From assembly GCA_945935925.1 (NCBI GenBank), contig CAMERU010000001.1, positions 1 through 46,392 of the forward strand: a stretch of 46,392 bases of DNA, written 5' to 3'. The notes under the pieces are model-generated. The model saw nothing but the letters and a program-made list of their open reading frames with translations, did not search any database and had not been told where the DNA came from. This document shows, piece after piece, positions 36,202-45,072 of this stretch; position 1 is the first letter of the stretch; every line of letters begins with the position of its first letter. Both the position numbers and the translations under genes were made by a program. This DNA is from an uncultured Clostridia bacterium. Lineage in GTDB: Bacteria > Bacillota > Clostridia > Oscillospirales > Ruminococcaceae.

Positions 36202-36547
36202 ATTTTGACGAATTATTTTGAAGAAAATTAGCAGAATTTCTCTCGGCTTATTTGGGCAATATGACAGATAGAAGCGACTAACCGAGCCGCTTCGGCGGGT
36301 TGGTATGTGATTATTGATATAGCGTAAAAATTGCTTCAAATCGGCGCGCAGACTATGTCACGGGTGTCGGCGCGGCGTTTGTTCTGTTGTGAGAATAGCT
36401 GAAAAAGTTGCCTTGTAATTGGTAAAGTTGCTAAATAACATGCACAAAGTTGGCTTTTTTGTGAATTAAAACGGGATTTTGTAAAAAAGATTATCGATTG
36501 ATGGGAATAATTTTTGAAAGAAAACGATTTGTTTTCTTAAAAAAATG

Positions 36548-36576
36548 TTGCATTATTACCGCAAATGGTGTATAAT
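36548..36576 (+). promoter_or_regulatory. SigA promoter of flagellar operon
   Basis: TTGCAT-17 nt-TATAAT. Confidence 0.7.
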
Positions 36577-36672
36577 TGATTATGGGATAATATACTTAAT
36601 GGGATAACTCTGCCCCAAAATGTGTAAAGCCGCATTTCGGGCGCAGCGACGACATATTATCGAGGTGTTTTT

Positions 36673-37038
36673 ATGGCATTATTTGATACCACCGCGTTCA
36701 GGATAGCTGAACAGGGTCTTTCGGTGCTCTGGCAGAAGCAGCAGGTCATCTCGCAGAACATCAGCAACGCCGATACTCCCGGGTACAAGTGTAAGTACCT
36801 TGAGTTCAGCGGCGTTCTCAGAGATAAGCTCCGCGCCAACGGAACGGTGAAAAAGGAGCTCAACCTTGCGCAGGCGATCGTTACCGACTACGGAACGAAC
36901 GACCAGGGCGACAAAAACAACGTTGACAACGACACGCAGCAGGCGGAGCTTGCGAAGGCGCAGATACAGTACGACGCGCTCATCAGCCAGATGAACGGCA
37001 ATTTCTCACGCGTAAAAAGCGCGATGATAACCAAGTGA
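36673..37038 (+). CDS. flgB: Flagellar basal-body rod protein FlgB
   Basis: QQVISQNISNADTPGYK, DKNNVD; first gene of operon. Confidence 0.93.
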   Translation: MALFDTTAFRIAEQGLSVLWQKQQVISQNISNADTPGYKCKYLEFSGVLRDKLRANGTVKKELNLAQAIVTDYGTNDQGDKNNVDNDTQQAELAKAQIQYDALISQMNGNFSRVKSAMITK

Positions 37039-37050
37039 CGGAGGTAACGC

Positions 37051-37509
37051 ATGGCTTTTCTGAGTTCACTTAACATTCCGCTGTCGGGCATGACGGCAGA
37101 GCGCTTCCGCATGGATATCATCTCGCAGAATGTTGCCATGGCGGACGATGTTGCGACGACGGCTGAGGACGCTTATAAGCGCCAGATGGTGGTTTTCGGG
37201 GAGGACAAGAGCTTCAAGTCCGTGCTCCGCACCAAGCTCGGAACTGGCGAGGCGCATTTCCACAAATATATAAAATACCGCGGCGTTCAGGCGATGGCAG
37301 TCGTTGAGGACGAAACGCCCGCGGAGCCCGTATATGACCCGTCACACCCTCTCGCCGACGAGTACGGATACATTTACGAGAGCAACGTCGACGTGGCGAC
37401 CGAGCAGCTTGACGCTATCGAGGCGGCGAATATGTACGACGCGAACCTTGCCGTTTTCGAGGTGGTGAAGTCCATGGCACAGAAGGCGCTGAACATCGGA
37501 AACGTCTGA
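37051..37509 (+). CDS. flgC: Flagellar basal-body rod protein FlgC
   Basis: SGMTAERFRMDIISQNVA, YKRQ, VYDPSHPLAD, SNVD, YDANL. Confidence 0.94.
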   Translation: MAFLSSLNIPLSGMTAERFRMDIISQNVAMADDVATTAEDAYKRQMVVFGEDKSFKSVLRTKLGTGEAHFHKYIKYRGVQAMAVVEDETPAEPVYDPSHPLADEYGYIYESNVDVATEQLDAIEAANMYDANLAVFEVVKSMAQKALNIGNV

Positions 37510-37543
37510 TACGCTGTAAGCAATAACGGAAGGGATACATAAA

Positions 37544-37852
37544 ATGGAACTTATACCTATACAGGGTCTTGGCGCTATGCAGACCATGCAGCCGATGGAC
37601 GCGCCGTCCGCAACGGCTGTAAACACCGACAGCGCAAGCTTTATCGACATTTTCAGGGGAATGGTCGACAACGTTATAGAAACGAACGAGCAGGTCGACC
37701 GCGACGCTATCGACATCATGCTCGGCAACATAGACGACCTCGCGGCAGTGCAGGCGAATATCACCAAGGCAAACACCGCCGTTGAGCTGCTCACAACGGT
37801 CAAGAACGAGGTGATCAGCGCGTACAGCACTATTATCAATATGCAGGTATAG
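37544..37852 (+). CDS. fliE: Flagellar hook-basal body protein FliE
   Basis: C-terminal VKNEVISAYSTIINMQV; position in operon. Confidence 0.92.
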   Translation: MELIPIQGLGAMQTMQPMDAPSATAVNTDSASFIDIFRGMVDNVIETNEQVDRDAIDIMLGNIDDLAAVQANITKANTAVELLTTVKNEVISAYSTIINMQV

Positions 37853-37912
37853 CCCGCAGCCGGGTGATAGTCTGCCGCTGAAGCGGCATATAACGCGGAG
37901 GTCATTTCTTAA

Positions 37913-39574
37913 ATGAACGAAAAACTTAAAAAGGTAACCACGACTGTCAGGGAAAAGTGGTCGGGATTTTCAAAGATGGTGAAGGTGCTTATTGTCGCCG
38001 TCCCGATAGCGGTCATTGCGATCATCATAATCCTTGCGGTCATACTTAATCATAAAGACAGCACGGTGCTGTATTCGGGGCTCACCACCGAGGAGGCGAG
38101 CGAGATAGCGGGCGTTATCAGCGGTCTGGGCGTGACGGACGTGTCTTTCACCTCCGACGGCAGCGTTATCGTCCCCGACGATCAGGCGGATAATCTTCGT
38201 ATGCAGCTCACCGTTCAGGGCTATCCGAAGTCGTCCGCAAATTATGATATCTGGAACGACGGCGTTGACCTCTGGTCTACGGATTCGGACAAGCAGGAGG
38301 TGCAGCGTCAGCAGCGCGAAACGCGCATAGCGGCTACCCTTGCAACGCTGGACGCGGTTCAGACCGCGACGGTAAACCTTGACACCGGCGTTAAAAAGGA
38401 TTATGTCCTCGTTGACGACAAGTCCACGCCCACCTGCTCCATTGTCCTGAAGCTCCGCGACGGAAAGGAGCTTACCAATGCGGAGGTGCGCGCGATATTC
38501 AACATGGTGACATACAGCGTCGAGGGGCTCACCAACGACAACGTGTCGCTTATGGATACGCAGGGGCGCGAGTACAAATGGATCTCCCTTGAGGAGGAGA
38601 AAAACGGCGAGCGCGACGCGTCCGGTACGCTTATCGCGGCAAAGCGCCTCAGCTTCCAGCGCGAGATGCAGGCGGCGATAAAGGCGGATCTTGACGAGTG
38701 GCTCACCAAGATATACGGCGAAAACGGCTATGCCATAAATGTCAGCGCGATACTCAACTATGACATCATGACTATAAATAAGGAAGAATTTTTCCCGAGC
38801 GGCGACGACAATACCGGCGTCACCAATCATGAGCTTCATGTTGAGGAGGGCGGAAGGCTTGACGCCGAAGGAAACCTCGTCGGAGTTACCCCGAACGCGG
38901 ACGCGTCGCCCGATTACCCCACGCTTGAAGGGCTTGAGGACGGGCAGAGCTACTACTACAAAAAAGACGAGGTACAGTACGACGTTACCAATATCAAGAC
39001 CGAGATAACCAAGGACGGTTATTCGATAGACAACCTTTCCGTTGCGGTTATGCTGAACACAACAAGCATGACCGAGGCGGAGCGCGAGGCGATACAGGAT
39101 CTTGTCGCAAACGCGGCGGGAACGGACGTTCAGAACGTTTCGGTATTCAACACCACATTTGCTCTCAAGAACAACGGCGGCTCGACAGTAAACGGCGATT
39201 ACCTCGATATCAGCACAAGACCCGTGGATTCTTACAGAAATATGCTGTTGTATATTGTTGTCGGACTCGGCGCACTGCTTATACTGCTGCTTATAATTTC
39301 GCTGTTCATGAGCAGGAGCCGCAAAAAGAAGATCAGACGCAGACAGGAGCAGGCTCTTGTTGCTGCGGCGGCTGCAAATTCTTCCGCTTCGCCCGAGGCT
39401 TCTTCTCAGCCGGATATGCCCGAGGAGGTCGACTTCAACATTGCAAGCCTTACGGAAGAGGCAAACAAGGATTCCCGCGAAACTATTCTCAAGCGCGAGA
39501 TCGCGGATTTCTCCAACACAAATCCGGAGATCGTTGCTTCTATTATAAAGAATATGCTCCGCGATGAAAAGTGA
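37913..39574 (+). CDS. fliF: Flagellar M-ring protein FliF
   Basis: Two TMs, LYSGL..EEASEI, LRMQL...GYP, VEGL..DNVSLMD, C-terminal NPEIVASIIKNML. Confidence 0.92.
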   Translation: MNEKLKKVTTTVREKWSGFSKMVKVLIVAVPIAVIAIIIILAVILNHKDSTVLYSGLTTEEASEIAGVISGLGVTDVSFTSDGSVIVPDDQADNLRMQLTVQGYPKSSANYDIWNDGVDLWSTDSDKQEVQRQQRETRIAATLATLDAVQTATVNLDTGVKKDYVLVDDKSTPTCSIVLKLRDGKELTNAEVRAIFNMVTYSVEGLTNDNVSLMDTQGREYKWISLEEEKNGERDASGTLIAAKRLSFQREMQAAIKADLDEWLTKIYGENGYAINVSAILNYDIMTINKEEFFPSGDDNTGVTNHELHVEEGGRLDAEGNLVGVTPNADASPDYPTLEGLEDGQSYYYKKDEVQYDVTNIKTEITKDGYSIDNLSVAVMLNTTSMTEAEREAIQDLVANAAGTDVQNVSVFNTTFALKNNGGSTVNGDYLDISTRPVDSYRNMLLYIVVGLGALLILLLIISLFMSRSRKKKIRRRQEQALVAAAAANSSASPEASSQPDMPEEVDFNIASLTEEANKDSRETILKREIADFSNTNPEIVASIIKNMLRDEK

Positions 39575-39594
39575 CCGCGCAGGGAGGGATATAA

Positions 39595-40605
39595 ATGGCG
39601 GCAGGTAAAGAGCTTACACCCGCAAGAAAAATAGCGCTCGTTATGGCGTCAATGGGAGCGGAAAACGCGTCCAATATATATAAGCACCTTTCCGATAGCG
39701 AGGTCGAGGAAATTTCCGTCGAGCTTGCAAGGCTGGAATACCACTCCGTCGACGAGGTGGAGGAGGTGCTCAATGAATTTTATGAGCTGTGCCTTACACA
39801 GAAGGTCGTTGCGGAGGGCGGATACGATTACGCGCGCACCGTCCTTGAAAAGGCGTTCGGCGAGGAGGCTGCAAGCAACCTGCTGAACCGCATAACCAAG
39901 CAGCTTAAAACAAAATCCTTCGATTTTGTGCGAAAGGCTGACTATAAGAACCTGCTCGCGATCGTTCAGAACGAGCACCCGCAGACCATTGCGCTCATTC
40001 TTTCCTATGCGCGTACCGATCAGGCGTCCGCGATACTCTCCGAGCTTCCCAAGGAGAAGCGCGTTGAGGTCGTTGAGCGTATCGCGAACATGGACAGGGC
40101 TTCGCCCGAGGTCGTAAAGGCTATCGAGGAGTCGCTGGAGAAGAAGTTTGCGAGCCTTTCCACGGCAGATTCCATGGAGGTCGGCGGTATAAACTATGTT
40201 GCGGAGATAATGAACAACGTAGACCGTGCCACCGAGAAATACATATTCGACGAGCTGTCCGCGCGCGATCAGAAGCTCGCAGACCTCATCAAGCAGAAGA
40301 TGTTCGTTTTCGAGGATATCGTCAAGCTGGATTCTCAGGCTATTCAGGAATTTACCAAGCAGGTCGAGTCCAAGGACCTTGCGGTCGCGCTCAAGGGCTC
40401 CACACAGGAGGTCGCGGAGTGCATTTTCGCGAACATTTCCTCCCGTGCGAGAGAAAACCTTCAGGCGGATATCGAGTACCTGCACAACGTTCGTATGCGC
40501 GACGTCGAGGAGGCGCAGCAGAGGATTGTCGGTGTTATCAGAAAGCTGGAGCAGGATCAGGTCATCACCATCACTCACGGCAGCGGCGACGAGATAATCG
40601 CCTGA
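39595..40605 (+). CDS. fliG: Flagellar motor switch protein FliG
   Basis: EGGYDYA, NEHPQTIALILSY, MFVFEDI, VRMRDVEEAQQRIV. Confidence 0.97.
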   Translation: MAAGKELTPARKIALVMASMGAENASNIYKHLSDSEVEEISVELARLEYHSVDEVEEVLNEFYELCLTQKVVAEGGYDYARTVLEKAFGEEAASNLLNRITKQLKTKSFDFVRKADYKNLLAIVQNEHPQTIALILSYARTDQASAILSELPKEKRVEVVERIANMDRASPEVVKAIEESLEKKFASLSTADSMEVGGINYVAEIMNNVDRATEKYIFDELSARDQKLADLIKQKMFVFEDIVKLDSQAIQEFTKQVESKDLAVALKGSTQEVAECIFANISSRARENLQADIEYLHNVRMRDVEEAQQRIVGVIRKLEQDQVITITHGSGDEIIA

Positions 40606-40634
40606 CGCACCGCAGCGGCAACGGAGGTATTTGA

Positions 40635-41507
40635 TTGTCTGTATTAAAAAGAAACTCCGTTTGTTACAGCGGCGGAGTGGATATATCAAATAAGGTGGAG
40701 CTGCACCGTCAGGATACCGCTAAAGCGCAGGGCGAACCCGCGCCGAACACTGCCGCTCCCGACAGTCTGGAGCAGCTTGCCGAGCGGGAGCGCAGGGTTG
40801 CCGACCTTGAAGCGCAGCTTAACGCTCAGCGAAAAGAGCTTGAGCTTCTGAAGGAGCATTACATAAATCAGGGCAAAGAGGTCATCATTGAGGCGAAGCG
40901 CCGCGCGGATGGTATCCTTGCCGCCGCGCAGCAGAATGCGGCCGAAATAACCGCAGACGCCGAGAGCAAGCGCGAGGGCGTGTTCATTAAGGCAAAGGCG
41001 GAGGGCTTCGAGCAGGGCAGAAAGGACGGCGTTGACGCCTGCCTTGCCGAGGGAAGGGGTATCCTGAACGAGGCGAAGGAGTATTCCGAAAGGATAATGT
41101 CCGAAAAGGCGGCTCTTTTCGACCGGTACGAAAAGGATATTTTCGATACCGTTATGGACATTGCCAATAAAGTTACACTCGGCAGCATGAGCGTCAAGGA
41201 CGGTACCGCCGCGAGGAAGCTCATAAAGAAAGCCGCAAAGGAATTTCGCAGCTCGCAGACTGTCCGCATAACGCTTGACAAAAACGGCGCTTCGGAGGAG
41301 ATTGCGGGCGACGCGGATTATTTAAAGGAATTATGCGGCGGCGCGGAGCACGTTGAGGTCGAGCTTCTGCCGGACGCCGAGCCGGGAACTGTCATTGTCG
41401 ACAACGGAAGCGAGATAACCGATGCGGGAATACAGACCCAGCTGCGCATGATACGCGAGCTCGGCAGCGGAAAATTCCGCAGGGGAAACAACTCCTCGGA
41501 GGAGTAA
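40635..41507 (+). CDS. fliH: Flagellar assembly protein FliH
   Basis: Coiled coil, AKAEGFEQGRKDG (AxxxGxxxGxxxG), PGTVIV...DAGIQTQL; between fliG and fliI; TTG start. Confidence 0.88.
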   Translation: MSVLKRNSVCYSGGVDISNKVELHRQDTAKAQGEPAPNTAAPDSLEQLAERERRVADLEAQLNAQRKELELLKEHYINQGKEVIIEAKRRADGILAAAQQNAAEITADAESKREGVFIKAKAEGFEQGRKDGVDACLAEGRGILNEAKEYSERIMSEKAALFDRYEKDIFDTVMDIANKVTLGSMSVKDGTAARKLIKKAAKEFRSSQTVRITLDKNGASEEIAGDADYLKELCGGAEHVEVELLPDAEPGTVIVDNGSEITDAGIQTQLRMIRELGSGKFRRGNNSSEE

Positions 41508-41526
41508 ATGCAATGGGGGTATTGAG

Positions 41527-42849
41527 TTGGCACTTGACTTCGGAAAATTCCGCGAGGATATAGATAAGACCGATACCTTCCGATATATGGGCAAGATTGA
41601 AAAGATCGTCGGCATGACGATCGAAGCGAGCGGCCCCGCTTGTAATATCGGCGATGTCTGCCGCATATTTTCAAAGGATATGACATCGTATATAAAAGCG
41701 GAGGTCGTCGGGTTCAACAAAAGCAACATTCTGCTCATGCCGTACACCGATATAGAGGGAATAGGCCCCGGAAGCATCGTCGACAACACGGGCGGCAAGC
41801 TCAATGTCAAGGCGGGCGCGGGTCTTATCGGGCGCATAGTCGACGCAACGGGAAATCCGCTCGACGGCGGCGACGAGATCGAATACACAGACGAGGTTCC
41901 CATCACGGGGATACCGGTCAATCCGTTTACAAGACCGCCGATAAAGGAAACGATAGAGCTCGGCGTTAAGGCGATAGACGGTATGCTCACCATGGGCAAG
42001 GGTCAGAGAATGGGCATATTCGCGGGCTCGGGCGTCGGAAAATCCACGCTTATGGGCATGATCGCGCGAAAGGTCAGGGCGGACGTAAATGTCATCGCGC
42101 TGGTCGGAGAGCGTGGTAGAGAAGTCCGCGAGTTTATCGAGCGCGACCTCGGCGAAGAGGGAATGGCGCGCTCCGTGCTTGTCGTCGCGACGAGCGATCA
42201 GCCCGCCATGATGCGAAGCAAATGCCCTCTCACCGCGACGGCGATCGCAGAGTATTTCATGAAGCAGGGGAAGGACGTCCTGCTGATGATGGACAGCCTC
42301 ACGCGTTACGCAATGGCGTTGCGCGAGGTAGGACTGTCAACCGGCGAGCCGCCGATAGCGCGCGGTTACACGCCGTCGATATACAGCAATATGCCGAAGC
42401 TGCTGGAGCGCGCGGGTAATTTCCCCGAAGGCTCGATAACGGGCATTTACACGGTGCTTGTCGAGGGCGACGACACAAACGAGCCTATCGCCGATACGGT
42501 GCGTGGTATCATAGACGGTCACATAATCCTGTCGCGAAAGATAGCGGCGCAGAACCATTATCCCGCGATAGATATTCTTGAAAGCGTTTCCCGACTTATG
42601 TCGGAGATAGTAACGCCCGAGCAGAAAGCCGCGGCGGGAAAGCTGCGAAACCTGCTCTCCCTTTACAACAACAACTACGACCTCATCTCCATCGGAGCAT
42701 ACAAGCACGGCACAAACCCGCAGCTTGACGAGGCGATAAGAAAGATAGACAAGATAAATTCATTTCTCATGCAGGCAGTCGGCGAGAGCTTCAGCTATCC
42801 CGAAACGGTGCAGCTGCTGCTTGACGCTGTCGGCGACGAGAAGAAATAA
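41527..42849 (+). CDS. fliI: Flagellar export ATPase FliI
   Basis: GIFAGSGVGKSTL, GERGREV, LLMMDSLTR, LLERAG, DGHIILSR, HYPAID; TTG start. Confidence 0.96.
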   Translation: MALDFGKFREDIDKTDTFRYMGKIEKIVGMTIEASGPACNIGDVCRIFSKDMTSYIKAEVVGFNKSNILLMPYTDIEGIGPGSIVDNTGGKLNVKAGAGLIGRIVDATGNPLDGGDEIEYTDEVPITGIPVNPFTRPPIKETIELGVKAIDGMLTMGKGQRMGIFAGSGVGKSTLMGMIARKVRADVNVIALVGERGREVREFIERDLGEEGMARSVLVVATSDQPAMMRSKCPLTATAIAEYFMKQGKDVLLMMDSLTRYAMALREVGLSTGEPPIARGYTPSIYSNMPKLLERAGNFPEGSITGIYTVLVEGDDTNEPIADTVRGIIDGHIILSRKIAAQNHYPAIDILESVSRLMSEIVTPEQKAAAGKLRNLLSLYNNNYDLISIGAYKHGTNPQLDEAIRKIDKINSFLMQAVGESFSYPETVQLLLDAVGDEKK

Positions 42850-42860
42850 GGTGACAGGGT

Positions 42861-43310
42861 TTGAAAAAGTTCCGCTTCACTCTTGAAAAGCTAAAGGATT
42901 TCCGCGGGCAGGAGCTTGACAGGCAGAAAAACGCGCTAAGCGCATTGCAGGCGGAGCTCCGCAGGATAAACGAGTCCGCCGAGGAGCTGCGCAGAAAGGT
43001 TGCGGTTGAAAGCGCGCAGCTGACCGCTGTGTGCGCTTCGGGCGCAACGGCAAGCGATATTGCCATGCGCAAGAGGTACATAGTTACGCTTCAGCAGGAA
43101 ATTCACATGAAGGAGCAGCAGGCGCTTGCCAAGCAGCAGGAGATAGAAAAGCAGCTTGACGCGGTAGTCGAGGCGACAAAGGACGTCAAGACCCTTGAAA
43201 AGCTTGAGGAAAAACAGCTTGAGGAATACAAGTCGCTCGAAACAAAGGAAAACGAGCAGTTTATCGAGGAATTTGTAAGCGGGCAGACCGTCCGCGCGGG
43301 TTCTCGCTAA
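42861..43310 (+). CDS. fliJ: Flagellar export protein FliJ
   Basis: KKFRFTLEKL, coiled coil, LEKLEEK...EQFIEE; position in operon. Confidence 0.9.
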   Translation: MKKFRFTLEKLKDFRGQELDRQKNALSALQAELRRINESAEELRRKVAVESAQLTAVCASGATASDIAMRKRYIVTLQQEIHMKEQQALAKQQEIEKQLDAVVEATKDVKTLEKLEEKQLEEYKSLETKENEQFIEEFVSGQTVRAGSR

Positions 43311-43368
43311 TTCCGATATCTCGGCGTGAGCCTTGATATATACATTATTTTAACAGGAGGTGAAAGAT

Positions 43369-45048
43369 ATGGCAGTGTCAATGAACACAGGCGGCTATAT
43401 GCGCAGCGACTTCATGATATCCGACGCGGCGATACCAATGCGGCTCGAGGAACTCGAGGCGGAACAGTCGGAGAAATTCGCGCAGCTGCTCGGGTCATTC
43501 GGAACGAGCGAGGGCACGCAGGATATTCCCGACGGGGATACGGCGGTACTTCTCGAAAACGGGCAGGTCGACCCGACAGATGAGTTCATCGCGCAGGAGG
43601 GAGAAGCCCTTTCCGACCTGATAGCAGCGGAGTTACCCGTGAAAGCCGACGCCCTCGAAAAGGCGCAGGACAGCACGGACAGCGTGAAAAGACCGGTAAA
43701 TAAGCCCGAGAAAACAACGGACAGCACCGAAAAGGTCGTCGCGGCAATGTCGGTAAATACGGCGGTGGTTATAGACAACGCGGCGGCAGAGCTTAGCGAG
43801 ATCGCAGCTTTTGCGGCGGAAGTTAGGCAGCCAGAGGCAGTATTTATCGGGGCGTCGGTGTCCGAAGCGGCGGCAGTGACCGTTGTATCGGAACAGCCCG
43901 TTATCGCGCAGGCGGCAGAACTCGCGGCGAATGCTTCACAGCAGCCCGGGAGCAAGCCGGAAACGGCGGCAGGATCGGGCGCAAATTCGCAGAAAACCGA
44001 CATCTTCGTTCGGACCGAAACAGCGGAGCAGCAGACCGTTGCGGCAGCACAGCCGCAGGAACAGCCGCAGCAGCAAAGCAGCCATCGACAGGGGCAGAAT
44101 GAACCGTCAGGTCGCGTCTTGCCGCAGGGGAACGAATATTCCCGCGAGGAAACGGCAGCGCAGTCGCAGCAGCAGAGCAGCCATCGACAGGGGCAGAATG
44201 AACCGTCGGGTCGCGTCTTGCCGCAGGGAAACGAATATTCCCGCGAGGAACCGGCAGCGCAGCCGCAGGAGTTTACGCGCAGCGTAACTTCGACGGAGGA
44301 AACCGCGATCACCGCGGACGCAGAGAAGCTGAGCGTTCTCGCAAAAGCGGCGGAAAACGGCGAGATATCCCGTCCCGAGGTGAGAAAACCCACAGAAACG
44401 CCGGTGCAGCAGGACAGCGCAGAATTGACCGCGCGTGAAAGCGTTACGGCAGCCCCGCAGCCCGTCAGGAACAGGGTGAAGCAGGCGGCGGAGGAGCTTG
44501 AAATGCTCCGCAGCGCAAAGGTTACCGAACGCGCCGATAAACCGCAGGGGCAGGGCGTTGACCCCGCAAAGCAGACCGGGCAGCAGCCTGTACAGGCGGC
44601 GGTGACAGTCCGCACCGAAAACGGAACCGTTGAGGTAAAGCGGGAGGAAATAGTAAGGCAGGCGGCAGAGCTTGTCAGAACGGCAGTCACCGAGAGCGCG
44701 GAGAACCCCGAGAAAACGGAATACACCCTCACGCTTGACCCCGAGGAGCTCGGAAAGATAACCGTAAAGCTCAGCAAAGCGGCGGACGGAGCAGTGTCCG
44801 TTACGGTCGCGGCGGAGAAGTCCGCAACACAGCGCATTCTCGAGCAGAACAGCGCGCTTCTTCAGGACAGCCTGAAAAACAGCGGCGTAAAGCTTGAAAG
44901 CTGGCAGACGGTTTCGCAGGCAGATCGGGAGCATTACGCGCAGGACTACAACGGCAGCAGCAAGAACCCCTATTACCGCAGGGAACCGCAGCGGCAGCCC
45001 GACGAGGAGGACGGCGGCAGCTTCGCGGAGCTTATCGCGGCAATGTAA
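43369..45048 (+). CDS. fliK: Flagellar hook-length control protein FliK
   Basis: Long low-complexity N-region; C-terminal LTLDPEELGKITVKL...LQDSLKNSG; ATG 43369 after AGGAGG. Confidence 0.9.
   Translation: MAVSMNTGGYMRSDFMISDAAIPMRLEELEAEQSEKFAQLLGSFGTSEGTQDIPDGDTAVLLENGQVDPTDEFIAQEGEALSDLIAAELPVKADALEKAQDSTDSVKRPVNKPEKTTDSTEKVVAAMSVNTAVVIDNAAAELSEIAAFAAEVRQPEAVFIGASVSEAAAVTVVSEQPVIAQAAELAANASQQPGSKPETAAGSGANSQKTDIFVRTETAEQQTVAAAQPQEQPQQQSSHRQGQNEPSGRVLPQGNEYSREETAAQSQQQSSHRQGQNEPSGRVLPQGNEYSREEPAAQPQEFTRSVTSTEETAITADAEKLSVLAKAAENGEISRPEVRKPTETPVQQDSAELTARESVTAAPQPVRNRVKQAAEELEMLRSAKVTERADKPQGQGVDPAKQTGQQPVQAAVTVRTENGTVEVKREEIVRQAAELVRTAVTESAENPEKTEYTLTLDPEELGKITVKLSKAADGAVSVTVAAEKSATQRILEQNSALLQDSLKNSGVKLESWQTVSQADREHYAQDYNGSSKNPYYRREPQRQPDEEDGGSFAELIAAM
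44068..44265 (+). repeat. In-frame 99-bp tandem duplication inside fliK
   Basis: Units 44068-44166 and 44167-44265 differ at 5 positions; each encodes QQQSSHRQGQNEPSGRVLPQGNEYSREE(T/P)AAQ(S/P). Confidence 0.95.
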
Positions 45049-45072
45049 ATTTTAAGGAAAGGAGAGATGATC

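Noticed and set aside
36270-36385. GC-rich hairpins in the hyd-flg intergenic region as a possible sRNA
   Set aside because: Short imperfect stems with no associated promoter/terminator pair.
36577-36672. c-di-GMP riboswitch upstream of flgB
   Set aside because: I could not find the GGCAAA / GNRA-tetraloop-receptor architecture; an Rfam scan would settle it.
43395-44934. 480-aa and 275-aa minus-strand ORFs in fliK
   Set aside because: Mirror of low-complexity FliK codons, including the duplication.
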